Translations under genes and position numbers: made by a program | Source of the DNA: Rhynchobatus australiae | Taxonomy: Eukaryota | Direction of reading: 5' to 3' | Assembly: GCA_034780895.1 (NCBI GenBank) | Contig: JAUZTB010000017.1 | Location: 23,508,972-23,572,971 of the forward strand | Length of the DNA stretch: 64,000 bases | The notes under the pieces: generated by a model | What the model was told of the DNA's origin: nothing | What the model saw: only the letters and a program-made list of their open reading frames with translations | Databases searched by the model: none | Shown: positions 12,053 through 24,532 of the stretch, one piece after another | Numbering within the stretch: the stretch's first letter is position 1 | Layout: every line of letters begins with the position of its first letter

Positions 12053-13010
12053 CAACAACACCAAAACTGCTGGAGGAACTCAACAGGTCAGGCAGCATCT
12101 GTAGAGGGAAATGGACATGTCAGATTAAAGGTGTCCACCCAAAACATCAACTGCTGATTTCCCTCTACTGAGAAATAAAGGACTGCAGATGCTGGTATCC
12201 AGAAAAAAAAACACAATGATGCTGGAGGAACTCAGCAGGCCAGGCAGCATCCATGGAGAAAATCAGGCGGTCAACGTTTCAGGTCAGGACCCTTCTTCAG
12301 GACTGAAGATAGGAAAAGGGGAAGCCCAATCTATAGGAGGGAAAAGCAGAGCAGTGATNNNNNNNNNNNNNNNNNNNNNNNNNNNNNNNNNNNNNNNNNN
12401 NNNNNNNNNNNNNNNNNNNNNNNNNNNNNNNNNNNNNNNNNNNNNNNNNNNNNNNNNNNNNNNNNNNNNNNNNNNNNNNNNNNNNNNNNNNNNNNNNNNN
12501 NNNNNNNNNNNNNNNNNNNNNNNNNNNNNNNNNNNNNNNNNNNNNNNNNNNNNNNNNNNNNNNNNNNNNNNNNNNNNNNNNNNNNNNNNNNNNNNNNNNN
12601 NNNNNNNNNNNNNNNNNNNNNNNNNNNNNNNNNNNNNNNNNNNNNNNNNNNNNNNNNNNNNNNNNNNNNNNNNNNNNNNNNNNNNNNNNNNNNNNNNNNN
12701 NNNNNNNNNNNNNNNNNNNNNNNNNNNNNNNNNNNNNNNNNNNNNNNNNNNNNNNNNNNNNNNNNNNNNNNNNNNNNNNNNNNNNNNNNNNNNNNNNNNN
12801 NNNNNNNNNNNNNNNNNNNNNNNNNNNNNNNNNNNNNNNNACACTTGGAGCACCGAATGCAGTAGATGATATTAAGGGAGGTGCAGGTGAATCTCTGTCT
12901 CACCTGAAAGGACTGTTGGGCCCTCTGTAGATTCTGCCTGACCCACCTAGTTCCTCCAGCAGTTTGCTTCCATTTGCTCCAGATTCCTGCACCTGCAGTC
13001 TCCTATGTCC
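12053..13010. mobile_element. Older PLE fold-back element with a younger minus-strand PLE (about 12170-12920) nested in it
   Basis: Inverted arms 12053-12115 and 12921-12975; insert carries terminal repeat and RQRFTCTSLNIIYCIRCSKC; CCCTCT at both junctions. Confidence 0.75.
12268..12305 (-). ncRNA. Minimal type-I hammerhead ribozyme motif, core intact
   Basis: Reverse complement CAGTC CTGAAGA AGGGTCCTGACCT GAAA CG TT GACCG. Confidence 0.75.
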
Positions 13011-13059
13011 CCTAAGGCATTCTTTGGATTTTCCCCAGGTCCTCATCAACTACCCCCTG

Positions 13060-13225
13060 GATTCAACCTCTCAGTAGGGACAATTTACAGCGGCCAATTA
13101 TCCTTCCAACCCGCAGGTTTTTGGGGGGGATGTGCGAGGGAACCGGAGCACCCGGAGAAAACCCATGTGGTTATAGGTCGAACATGCAGGCTCCACACTG
13201 ACAGCCGCGGAGGTCGGGAGTCGTG
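13060..13225 (-). mobile_element. V-SINE (HE1-like)
   Basis: GGAACCGGAGCACCCGGAGAAAACCCATGTGGTTATAGGTCGAACATGCAGGCTCCACAC is the reverse complement of the V-domain. Confidence 0.75.
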
Positions 13226-13289
13226 AGACAACAGGCGCTTGGTCGGTGTGCATCTGTACGGGGGGGTGGGGGGGGTAGAAGCAGCTGCA

Positions 13290-13475
13290 TTGTGGTGCGA
13301 GCGGTAATTCCCACTCTCCACAGCAGGCGGCTGTCTGAGCGCAAGGGTGAAGGTGCAGACTCGGCAATGCGAGCGGGCAGCTTGCCTGTTTACCAGCAGT
13401 TTGTTCAGGGAAGTGGATCTGCCGTGGAGCTCCGCTTGTCATCCGCGCCGGCGAAAAAGCACCCGCTTCCAATCG
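13290..13475 (+). other. Candidate first exon of an unidentified gene (start approximate)
   Basis: Consensus donor TCG|GTGAGT at 13473-13481 inside the CpG island; ATG at 13367 is open to the donor (MRAGSLPVYQQFVQGSGSAVELRLSSAPAKKHPLPI) but may lie in UTR. Confidence 0.5.
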
Positions 13476-13881
13476 GTGAGTTTCCCACCCCCGATCCCGT
13501 GCAAACCTTTTCTGAGGACAGATTAACCCTGATCTCCCTGGCCCAGAGACGGCTCATAGACTGGCGAGCGACCGGGGTCTGAACCGGCAGCGCCGGTCTA
13601 ACGTGAGTGGCAGGGTCTAACCCGGCGCACTGACAGAAGTAGCGAGGTCTGATCCGGGTTAATGAAGGCAATGACAGGGGTTTAATGATTGTGGAGTACC
13701 GGGTCTAGCGCAGTTCAGATGCAGGAGTGCCGGTTCAGTAACAGCACTGAATCCGTGTGCCGAGCTCTGGTGAAAGCCATAAACTCTAGACTGCAAGGTT
13801 GGAGACCAGGGGTGAAAGTGACTCATAGGGTCGTGACAGTAATATTGTCGATTTAACCAATTTGTACTGAATGGGCCGTTC

Positions 13882-14006
13882 ACCAGATGAAGGGTCTCGA
13901 CCCCAAACGTCGACTGTCCGTTCCCCTCCACAGATGCTGCCTGACCCGCTGAGTCCCTCCAGCAGTTTGCTGCTCCGGATTCCTGCATCTGCAGTCTCCT
14001 GTGTCT
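13882..14006 (+). mobile_element. PLE terminal repeat with mutated hammerhead core
   Basis: CAGATGAAGGGTCTCGACCCCAAACGTCGACTG..AGATGCTGCCTGACCCGCTGAG; possible TSD GCCG(T/C)TC. Confidence 0.8.
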
Positions 14007-15465
14007 GCCGCTCGGGATGGTAATCCGGGGTCCCTCGGCTCAATGTCACCAGGAAGCTGGTGAACTTGACTCCGTCCGTCTCTCTCCTGGCACGGCACGA
14101 AGTTTTAGCTGCTCATTTTAATCCCGTCACTGGGCTGATTGATCAGAGGGGGGGTCACATTCCGATTTGGCACTTGTTCCGCGTATTAAACGGGACTGCG
14201 CTGACCGAAAATGAAAAACACACACACACACACACAAACAAACTGCAGAGGCTGAAGATCTGAAATAAAATCCGAGATGCTGGCAGCATCTGTGGAGAGA
14301 AGAAGCGGAGTTAACGTTTCAAGGGAAAATTGCACCGACTGCAGATTTGAGGTGTTAGGGGAAGTTGGCGGAGACAGCTGGGGATAACGGATGTGTTATG
14401 CTGCATACCTATTTCAGGGACATCCACCTATATCATGGGGATCTTGAATAGATCGGTTTTAATCCTGCGGCGTAGTGAGTTACTTCGAGATGCCGCGGAT
14501 GCATGTTGACCCAGCCCCTTGCTTTACAACGGAGCGAAGAACGTTAATCTTCGCATGTTAAAAATGAGAGCGTGTGACCCGCCGGGGAAGTTCCTTGGTT
14601 CTCGGGGTCTGTCCGTTCTGCATTGCTATACGGGTAGAAGTCGGTTTGGATTTTGTTTTGAAAACAAAGAATTTTCCCTCGGTACAGTTTTCAACGTTGG
14701 TTCTCATTATTAGTCAGTCCCATTACATTGACGCCGTTGCAGGTGCACCACTCAAGACATGTCAACATCCCGAATTTGTCGCGCTAATGAAGTTTTGACC
14801 CGTTTCGTGACCTCGGTGGGTTGATGTGCTCTATGTTGCATGCTGATAGCTGACAAACAGGTCCAGTTATTAAGCGCTAAACGAAGAAGCACATTGGCCC
14901 ATTTACAATGAATCAACGTTGTTGGCGCCTATCTGCCTTTCTGTCAGTTACACGACTACATTAATGCTGTTTCGGTTTCCTTTGATCCCTTTGTAATTAA
15001 GCTGCTTACATCGGCATTCAACGTGGTTTTCAGCAGGAGGAACATTAGTTAAGGGGCCAGAAGACAAGACCCCATAGTAACTATTAACAGGATATAAAAG
15101 CTGCAGAGAAACTCGAGCAGCTTCAACGGTTCACAGTTAACGGTTCAGGTCGCTGACATACAGTCAGACGTGGGAAGAGTAGGAAATGTAAAAGTATGAA
15201 GAAAGCGTCAGAGGGGTTGTGAGGGGGCCTTGGGTGGATGTGGGGACATCATGGAGATGGTTGGAGTAAGTGGAGGAAAGGGCCGAAGGGCAGGTTTATA
15301 CTGGGGCTAAAGCAAAGGCCACTCAATGGAAAAGGGTTTGATGGATCAAGGCAAATGAGTTAACTAAAGAAACAAAAGAAATATGGAAAATGTACATGCA
15401 GGTTCAACCCATTATGTCTGTGCCAATTGAAAAAGGGCAACCCAGACAAATCCCACTTCTGGGAC

Positions 15466-15872
15466 ATGATGAAAAACACAGTGATGCTGGAGGAACTCAG
15501 CAGGCCAGGCAGCATCCGTGGAGAAAAACAGACGGTCAACGTTTCAGGTCAGGACCCTTCTTCAGGACGGAAGATAGGAAAAGGGGAAGCCCAATATTTA
15601 GGAGGGAAAAGTGGAGAAGTGATAGGTGGACAAAAGAAGGGAGGCGGGGTGGGCACAGGGTGGTGATAGGTACATGCAGGTGAGAGACAGTGATAGGCAG
15701 GTGTGGGGGAGGAGATCCATTGGGGGGGGGGTGGGTTAATGGTAAAATGAGAGAAAAAAAAAGGAGGCTAGGAAAGGGAAGAAGAGTGGTGGGTGGGGAT
15801 TACCTGAAGTGGGAGAATTCAATATTCATGCTGTTAGGCAAGATGGAAAATGAGGTGCTGTTCCTCCAGTTT
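15466..15872 (-). mobile_element. PLE 3' end
   Basis: Highly similar to the copies at 1493-1931 and 12170; ORF end PNSMNIEFSHFR*. Confidence 0.85.
15533..15570 (-). ncRNA. Minimal type-I hammerhead ribozyme motif, core intact
   Basis: Reverse complement CCGTC CTGAAGA AGGGTCCTGACCT GAAA CG TT GACCG. Confidence 0.7.
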
Positions 15873-15874
15873 CC

Positions 15875-16250
15875 ACTTCTAGCACATAGCAATCAAGTAC
15901 ACATCCAAGTACTTTATCACTGTAAGTTCTGCCTGTACCATCCTTTCAGGCAGGGAATTGCTTATTTATACTATACTGTACAATATTTTTCTTTATCTCC
16001 TCTCTAATCTTTTACCAGTTATGTTAAATCTGTGCCCTTGGGTCTGACCCTCCTGACAAAGAAAAAATCCTTCCTATTTATTCTATCTAGGTCTCTCAGC
16101 ACTCTATAATTAAGTCTCCCTTCAGTCCTTTCTGTTCCAAAGAAAATAACCCTAGCTTATCCAATCTTTTCAAAAAGATACTTTTTTTTCCCTTCCTGGT
16201 CATATCCTTATAAAGCTCCACTGCATCTTGTCAAATAGCAATTACGTCTC
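15875..16250 (-). mobile_element. Degraded CR1 3' fragment
   Basis: CCTTTCTGTTCCAAAGAAAATAACCCTAGCTTATCCAATCT is the reverse of RLDKLGLFSLEQ. Confidence 0.7.
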
Positions 16251-17659
16251 CATACTCGGCATTCAAGATCATTCAAGATCATTCACAAGTTATTGAATGG
16301 CTAGATCTACAAATGGAAGTCAGCAGACCAATGTTACAGTACAGCCTGAATCCTGAGACGAAGACAGATATGAAAGTTTTGGCTGGAGGCTCTTTCATTC
16401 CTGCTTTAAAGTATTCGCATCTCAGATTGTCCATTTGAATTTTAGATAGTGCCATCACCTCCTATGGTTCCATGAGGAATTATAGATTATTTGTTCCTTG
16501 ACAAGTGGCTATACTTCATGTAAAAGCATAAGTAATACTAGCAGCTTAATCTACCATGAGAGCATCATAGATTTTGTTCATAGATGACACCTATGAAGCG
16601 CTCATCCTGCTGCAGAGGGAGATTCTGGCTGAGGGTTTGTCCTCCCTGGCCTCATGTGCTGAGTAGTGTTGTATTATTTCATTTGGTAAGATGGCACAGA
16701 TGGAAGACTTAGCATGTAACCTTCAAATCTTTATGGCCTAATCCCACAATTTATTTTCCTGTTACTACCTGAAGGGAGCCTTGCACTTTAAGGTTAGTTT
16801 CTTGGTATGAGAATAAGTGTAACTGCAATCCCAAGCAGCATACAAATAATGAACAATCACAGAAATTAAAAATTAAACTTTAAAAGCATGTAATAGATGT
16901 GGGGTATTACCTTAAATTTATTAATGCTTTATTAATATGAAGGAAATATTTTAATTTTTACTGTATGATTTGTGCCCATCCTTCTGAAGATAAAATAACG
17001 AAATATGCACAACATCAGTGTTAAAATTTGTGGTCAGCCGCAAAAAAACGATGCTTGCTATTCACCTTGTTGAAGTTATCTGCAGGACTCTGCAGCCCTT
17101 CAAGCTCTTGCTCTAATCCTGCATCTAATCCAGTGAGGCAGAGCATCTGTCAACCAAGCACGAAATAGCAAGGCCTCTCAACCAACCTGTTTGAAGAATC
17201 CTCAGCTGGATACATGGAGTCAAAGGCAAAAATATAAATTAGATTCAAATCATGTAAAGAGACTGAAGTAAAGATAGAAGAAGATGGATGGGATTACAAG
17301 AGAGATCTATAGAAAATATGAAAGGATTTTTAAAAAGTACATTAACCTTGGAAGAATCAGNNNNNNNNNNNNNNNNNNNNNGAAAGATTGTTCATTTTTG
17401 TGCATAAATCTGACTTTTTTCTTGCTATCTTTAGAGATGAACTACATTAAATTTGTACCATTGCGTTGATTTCAATGGGGAGACTGTCAGTGAGGGCAGC
17501 CGCAGTATATCCTGGAGTAAGATATTTCTGACAGCACTTTCTGGATTTCTGAATTACATATGAAGATGCCAGAAGTTGCTCTCAGTTTTACTCCAGAATA
17601 ATTATTAGCATCATTATTATTAACACAAAATCTGGGCCAATAATCTACAGGCACAGCAA

Positions 17660-18760
17660 CATAGGAAGGTAGGAACAAGAGTATATCATTTCACTTATTC
17701 TGCCATTTATTGAAACTATAGCTGATCTTTTGACTTAACTTCAGGTACTTGCCTTTACTCCATATGCATTAATGTCTTTGGTTAACCAGTATCTAACCAT
17801 CTTAGATTTAAGATTTACTATTGATCAAGTATTAGTTAATGTTTGTGGAAGAAAGTTCTGAATTCTGCTCACCCTTTGCATGAAGAAATGTTTTTTTACA
17901 CCACTGAAAGCTCTGGTTTTTCAGACCATGCTCCCTCATCTTATAATCATTGATCAGCACAAATAATTCATTCCCAACTTCCCTATTTCTTCCCTTAATA
18001 TTTTGAACACTTTCAACTTCTAAATTCCAGGGAAAACAACTCTGTCTTAGATGTAAAGCCCAGCATTCCCTTCATCTTTTTCATCATTTCTTATACCTGT
18101 CCATGACAATATAATGATCTTTGAGACTGAATTTTTCTCAAGGCACTTTGGATCTCTGATAAGTTTAGCTTTAAGTATTTGGTTCTGTTGTTTGTCGGTC
18201 CAGAGTGGGTGAGCTCACATTTACTTATACAAAATCAATTTTTCAGTTTAGCTATTTGCTTAACCTATTATTATCTTTTTCTGTAATGTAATGCTTCTAT
18301 TTGCACAGCTTATAGTTGTATTCACTTTATAGTAAGCATCCATGGTGAATAGCAGTGGCCCTAACACTGAATCTTGTTGGATGCTGTTAGTAACATCCTG
18401 CCAGTTTTACTACCTGCNNNNNNNNNNNNNNNNNNNNNNNNNNNNNNNNNNNNNNNNNNNNNNNNNNNNNNNNNNNNNNNNNNNNNNNNNNNNNNNNNNN
18501 NNNNNNNNNNNNNNNNNCAGTTTTACTACCTGCACATTGTCCCCACTGACTGAGTATTGCCTGCCAGCTATTTTTCTAATCAGTTCAATATTTGCCTTTA
18601 ATGCCATGAACTTCAGCTTTAGCTAACAGTCAAATGCCTTCTGAAAATCTTCGTAAATAACATCTTTGAAATATTATCTGTTTAGAACAATCATTCGGAT
18701 TATAGATCTGAAACTGGTTCTCTCTGATCAGCTGAAAATGTTTAAGCTGTCTGGTCATTC
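17660..18760 (-). mobile_element. Degraded CR1 ORF2/3' fragment
   Basis: Starts with ACATAGGAAGGTAGGAACAAGAGTA..CATT tail; GTGAATAGCAGTGGCCCTAACACTGAATCTTG is the reverse of a QGSVLGPLLF-like motif. Confidence 0.65.
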
Positions 18761-19849
18761 TCTGCTTAATTTTAGACACCCATAGTTCCTCAACAGTGGA
18801 CAATAGACAAATTGATCCACAATTCCTGGGTCTTGTTCAATAGATGAATCACACACATTCAGTGGCATATGACATGAATGATAATGGCACGACATATCTG
18901 AAAATACAAAAGCAAAAGTAAAGTTTGTTGACTGGCTGGCTAATCTCCTCTGGCTTTGCTCACAGGTATTCTGGAGCATGGCTGTGATGCTAAGGATAGG
19001 CAATGCTTAACCGGTTTGTTCCCTTAAGAATGCTGCTCATCGTAGCACTTAAAAGGAAATAGAAATGTATTTTGGAAGGAAGTTCTGCAGATTACTGGTT
19101 ATATTTAAATCCCCAGCTCCTCCAATAAAATAATAGACCAATTTTTATCTTTCTGTATTATNNNNNNNNNNNNNNNNNNNNNNNNNNNNNNNNNNNNNNN
19201 NNNNNNNNNNNNNNNNNNNNNNNNNNNNNNNNNNNNNNNNNNNNNNNNNNNNNNNNNNNNNAATAGACCAATTTTTATCTTTCTGTATTATACGTTGAAT
19301 GGTTTGAAATGTCATTGACTAATGGTGAACACCCAGCATTCCTCACGAGTGGATCTTCAAAGCATTGCTCATAAGTCTGTAGCTTAGTTGCTATATGTTT
19401 GCCAATTAACCTTACACCTCGCTCTCCAACCCTAAGTTTTAATAACTGTCTGGATTTCTTCATCTGAAAATTTGGGAGAGCTCATCTTCTTGCAAGTCAC
19501 CCTTGTGTCAGGACCACAAAGATGAGGTCATTCGCTGTCATTAAGTACCTTTTTGTCGGTTTACCATGGGTGCAGTTATCAGAAAAATAATAAATATAAA
19601 TACTTGTTGCATTTTGGGATTCATAGGACATCCGATTTTCATCACAAGTTAAATGTCATCTATACTGTTTAATATGTTTTTTGTATCTTATCAACTAATG
19701 CAAAAAAAAGTTGTATTCATAAAAAGACCTCTTATATCCATTCCACTCATTAAAATACAGTTAATCAGTACTTTGAATATTTTGCTTCACCGTGAATTGT
19801 TCAACTTCCAGTAATCAATTTAATTTCCTTGTCCTATTTGTTGATGTTA

Positions 19850-20100
19850 TGTCATCGAGTCCATGCCAGTTCTCAGAGCTATTCCATCAAACCCATTTCC
19901 CCAATTATTTCCTTCTCTTACACATGCCCTTTAATATTCCATGATTCTCCCACCGGTCACTTACACAGAAGTAATATACAAAGCCCTGTTAACCAAAGAA
20001 TCAGCATACTTTGGTATGTGGGAGGAAACTTAAACACCTAGGGGAAACCCAAGTAGTTTCAGGTAGAACAGATAAACTCCACACAGATAGCACTGAAGAG
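19850..20100 (-). mobile_element. V-SINE remnant
   Basis: TTTGGTATGTGGGAGGAAAC..ACACCTAGGGGAAACCCA..AGAACAGATAAACTCCACACAGATAGCAC. Confidence 0.65.
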
Positions 20101-23100
20101 AATGAATGGACTGAGACCAAGATACTCTGTGAATTGTCTTGGGTTGTTAGAAGACTAGCTTGGCAGATTGGGATGACCGGTTCTAATTTATCATCCATGT
20201 AATCAATTGATGGGATATTTCTAGGTATTAGTTTTGACTTGGGGCTAGCCTTTAATTCAAGCTATGTACTGCTGGAAACTAACACAAGTTGTACTTCAGC
20301 AAAATTATTTGGTTAAGTACAATGGTTTTTTTGATCATTTCTTTGTGGGGGTTTTTGTTTTTTTTATATTAGTTATCACTGCTGACAATTATGCATGGTT
20401 GACCTTTAGTCTATTAATCCTACATTCCAGAAGCTCTTTTAATAACCCTTTTATTCCTCATTCCATTTTTGATGCTGTTTTCGCATTTCCAAAAGCTTCT
20501 AGCTTTGAATTTTTGCTAAGGTTCAGGTTGCTTAGTTGGACTTTTGAGATTCTCCATGTCCATTTTTAATGAGTGTGCGAAGCTCTAGTCTGGACTGTAA
20601 AACCATAGCTNNNNNNNNNNAAAGATGAAGGTTCAGATTATCCCATTGCTATTCCTCTTGAGCCTATGAGCACTAGTGTGAGAAAGCAAATTCTTAAATA
20701 ATAATATTGCAATATTATTTGTGTATATATTTTAAACAGGAGAATAATAACTGAACATTACATTATGTGACAGAATTTACTGCCAACACACCAGAGCTTA
20801 ATTTATTGTAGTCATTGACCTTATAACTGGTATACCTTTGAGATGTGGGAGGAAACTGGTAGCAATGCTACCTAGATTTATTGGTGTAAAGTTATAATAC
20901 CATAGTCCTAGTCTGTAGCTATGTAGCATCATGTAGCTACTTTAATAAAGAATTCTCTGAAAAGACCTTCATAAACTTTGCTTGCAGTTTTTCTTATCTT
21001 TCACCACTAGAAAAATTACACTTTAAATTTGATTTTATTCAGTTTAAAACACCCAATTCCGTTGCTTAACCTCTGGTTATATTTGCTATTAGTGTTATTC
21101 TTCTATGTGAACTGCAACAGTAATGCAGGGAAAGCAATGCTTTTAAGGATTGAAATGCATTTTGGATGGAAATTATCTGTTTCTGTCTTTAAATTGTTCT
21201 GTAGCTAGTGGCCTAGAAAGATGTGTACATAGTAATACAGCATTGGTTATACATCTACATTGCCATCTTTAAATCTTTATTTCGTGACACAAAAGTTTAA
21301 GTTCTAGAGTCCAGCAAACTTAAACACTAGCAATTAAAAATAGTCCTGCTGTTCGAAGAAGAGCTGAATGATTTTGAACTCAAATTATTGGCTGATCGAT
21401 TCACCTTTTTGTTCAAAGAGAGTGTTAAATGAAGTTAAATTTTACTTCCTTTCAAGTGCACTGGCTGCTAACCAACACTTTCTTCTGTGCACTTTCTGTG
21501 AGGTTAGATATATTACACCTAACACACAATTGAGCAAGCAACATGAATGCATCTGTAAGATGACTTGCAGGGGCAGACATTGACCTTCTGGCAATGCACT
21601 TAATGAGCTAAACCCTGCAAAAATAGCCAGTTCTCCTGGTTAGTAAACATAACAAGCAGTTTTATCTGTTCTAATTGGTTTAAGTGCATAAGAGTTTATA
21701 ATGACCATTGTGGTTCACCTAGCCCAAGCTGTGGTTTCAAAAATATCTTACACTTGCCCTTATAATTCTCAATCATTTGTTCTGCATATTTTCTATTCAG
21801 TTCCTTTGCTTCAATAAGATCTCATTGCATATTTCTGCAATGCAAATATTCCAGTTTCTATAGATTCTGCTTGTAAGCACAGGTGACTAATTCAATGGAC
21901 CAGGTTGCACTGACTGCTTTAGGCAGGTCCATCTGGAACCATTGGCTCATTGCTATGCATCAGCACATTCTTGAATTATACACATCCACTTCGCAGTGCA
22001 GAAATTTGGTTCATGCTAGAGGTCAGTTGCAAGGACATCTGAACTTGCTTTTTGTTGGTTGACTCACCATAATGTTCATGGACATTCCTGATCAACCTAA
22101 ATGATACACTTTTTATTTGGCTTCTCAACTTTATACCAGTCCATCTGGCATGACCTCAATCTTTTCACTGGGGTCAGTGTGATCTGGTCCGGTATATCAT
22201 TTTAGTGATTGTTGTAATTTTGTCAGCAATAGGATGCATGAATCCAGAAGTACACACAATTGTCCAGGAGTAAGCTTTGGCAAGTTTATTTATAGGAGTT
22301 CTTTTCCTGTCCTTCTGCCCAGACAACCAAGGACCTGTTTGCGTTGTTCTTGGTTGGCCACATGAAGCTGATAATTTTGATGAAGTTTTCACCATTTGCT
22401 GGATCTTCCTTCTTGGGTTTTGTGTTTTAGACTAAAATATGTCAGTTTACAATGTCACTAATTGTTTCCGTTCTTCAGACCCTTTGCATCCATCCAACAT
22501 TTTGTGTATTCATATTGTTCATTCAGCCATTCAATTAATATTTAATCTAAATTTTTCAGCTGTTTGCAGTCTCCTGGTTGTGCATGGTTTCAATTTGATA
22601 AAGTAATGCAATTCCCTCTTATTATTTTTATATTTCCACGGTTATGACTTTAAACCAACTTAGGAGTGCTTCCTAATTAGTATAAATGCCTGGCTTACTG
22701 ACCCGTCATTCCTAGAATTACTGTCACATCCCTTGTTTATGAACAGGTGTTACACCTGCCCTGCTCCATTTTTTTGGGCCTCTCTCCTGATTGGATGTGG
22801 TAAAATGTGTCTGTTTACAGATTTTGTAGGCACCACATTTGCAAGACAATTTAACCAGTTCAAAAAAATAAATACATGAGTTTAAGCAATTAATTGGAAG
22901 AGCACTACTTGCTGTTCTTCTCTGGTGGGTTTTCATCAGCTAACATAGAGCCTGCAGCAATTCATGGGATAAGTTATAACAAAGGAGAAATCATACTTGC
23001 ATACCTCAATAAGAGGCATGTATTAGGCATTTAACATTTTGCACACTTGCATGCAGAACATCCAATTTCATTTTAAAAAGGAAATAGAGGAGATGTTGTG

Positions 23101-23619
23101 ATCTAAAATAATAAATGGGAGTCTTGGAAAAATACAACAGAGCTATCAAAGTTTCAAAGATGCTTTCATGCCTCAGATCTGTTGAACAAGCACTACTCAA
23201 AATGATAGGCTATGTTTTATCTCTTAAGATGCTGACAGGTCCACTGTGTTTTTACTAAATCTACTTCTATTTACTCCAAAGCTCTTTTGTACCTCAAGAT
23301 CACATTGAGATGGTCTGATCCGGAAAGGTTTAAGATCCATCTTCAGAGGTTTTAATGAATTGGTCACTTCAGGATAGCCCTGGCTTGATTATAATGACAA
23401 ACTGTGTGGGTATCTTCCTGGTTATAATGAAGATACATATAATCCAGTGCATATCTAAAATCTGGGGAAAATTTACACACGAGCTTTCTTTGAGTTTTTT
23501 TTAAATCTTTCAAATGATTGTTCAATAGGACAAACGGAGGAATGTTACAGGACAACAGAGAACACAGTTTGGATAGTGAAAGCCTGTGGCTTTGACATAG
23601 TTGATCACACCGTTGTATA

Positions 23620-23960
23620 ACAAAGCTGTCATGATTAACCTAAATTCTGCTGCCCATATCCTAACTCTCACTAAATCCCGTTCACTCATAGCCTTATGCT
23701 TGCTGGCCCTTATGGGCTCCTGAGTAAAAATTCACATCCTCATTTTAAAATGTTTCAGTCTTTCCTATATTTGTGTACATCAGCCTTATAACCTTGGTCT
23801 CTTCATTCTCAGAATGTAATCATTTTGCTGTTGGCAGCCATAGCAACAGCAGCCATTCATAAACTACGGAATTCCCTCTGGAAAGTCCCACGTCTCCTGA
23901 TGTCCTTTTCCTCCATGAACCTCGGTCTTTGATCAGTCTTTAGGCCATGTCTCAGTACTA
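23620..23960 (+). mobile_element. L2-type LINE 3' remnant
   Basis: NSAAHILTLTKSRSLIALML..LWL..FKMF motif. Confidence 0.55.
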
Positions 23961-23974
23961 AATTTTATTTAATG

Positions 23975-24160
23975 AGTGAGATGGTGCAGCAATTAGTGCT
24001 GCTGCCTTAAGTAGCTGGGTTCAATCCTTAACTTGGGTGCTGCCTGTGTAGAATACGTGCATTCTCCCTGTGACCATGTGGGTTTCCACTGGTGCTCTGG
24101 TTTCCTCCCATGTAGGTTAATTGCCTACTGTAAATGTCCTCTTTGTGTAGGTAGGTGGCT
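23975..24160 (+). mobile_element. V-SINE (HE1-like)
   Basis: tRNA-like A/B boxes TGGTGCAGCAATTAG and GGTTCAATCC, then V-domain TTCTCCCTGTGACCATGTGGGTTTCC. Confidence 0.75.
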
Positions 24161-24353
24161 AAAAACAGAATGACAAGGGATTTGTCAGGCTTGTAAAAAA
24201 GCGTGTAAAACTCTCCTGCAATTATTTTGGAATATGTTGTTATACATTAAAGGTACTTTATAAAGCCATGTCATTATTGTTGTTACTTTCAGTTCTAATT
24301 TACTATTTCTTTCCACTTGGTGACCTAGAAGCTAGGAGATTAAAAGGAGGTGG

Positions 24354-24432
24354 TATAGCGGCTAGCTACACTGAATAAAGACACGAGACACTTGTTTGGA
24401 GTCCAAGAGTCGAATGAACGACTGGGGTGTGC
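24354..24432 (-). mobile_element. Partial LTR (copy 1 of the 253-bp family), runs into a gap
   Basis: Nearly identical to 25345-25422; left flank GTGG. Confidence 0.85.
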
Positions 24433-24532
24433 NNNNNNNNNNNNNNNNNNNNNNNNNNNNNNNNNNNNNNNNNNNNNNNNNNNNNNNNNNNNNNNNNNNN
24501 NNNNNNNNNNNNNNNNNNNNNNNNNNNNNNNN

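Larger units (their letters stand above)
13130..14980. promoter_or_regulatory. CpG island, probable gene promoter
   Basis: Abrupt rise in GC and CpG density relative to CpG-depleted flanks; embedded repeats keep their CpGs, consistent with germline hypomethylation. Confidence 0.8.

Noticed and set aside
13098-14098. Cluster of overlapping 70-124 aa ORFs in the CpG island
   Set aside because: Expected from high GC content; partly SINE/PLE sequence; no recognisable domain
23975-24040. tRNA-like A/B boxes
   Set aside because: Head of a V-SINE; no cloverleaf, runs directly into the V-domain
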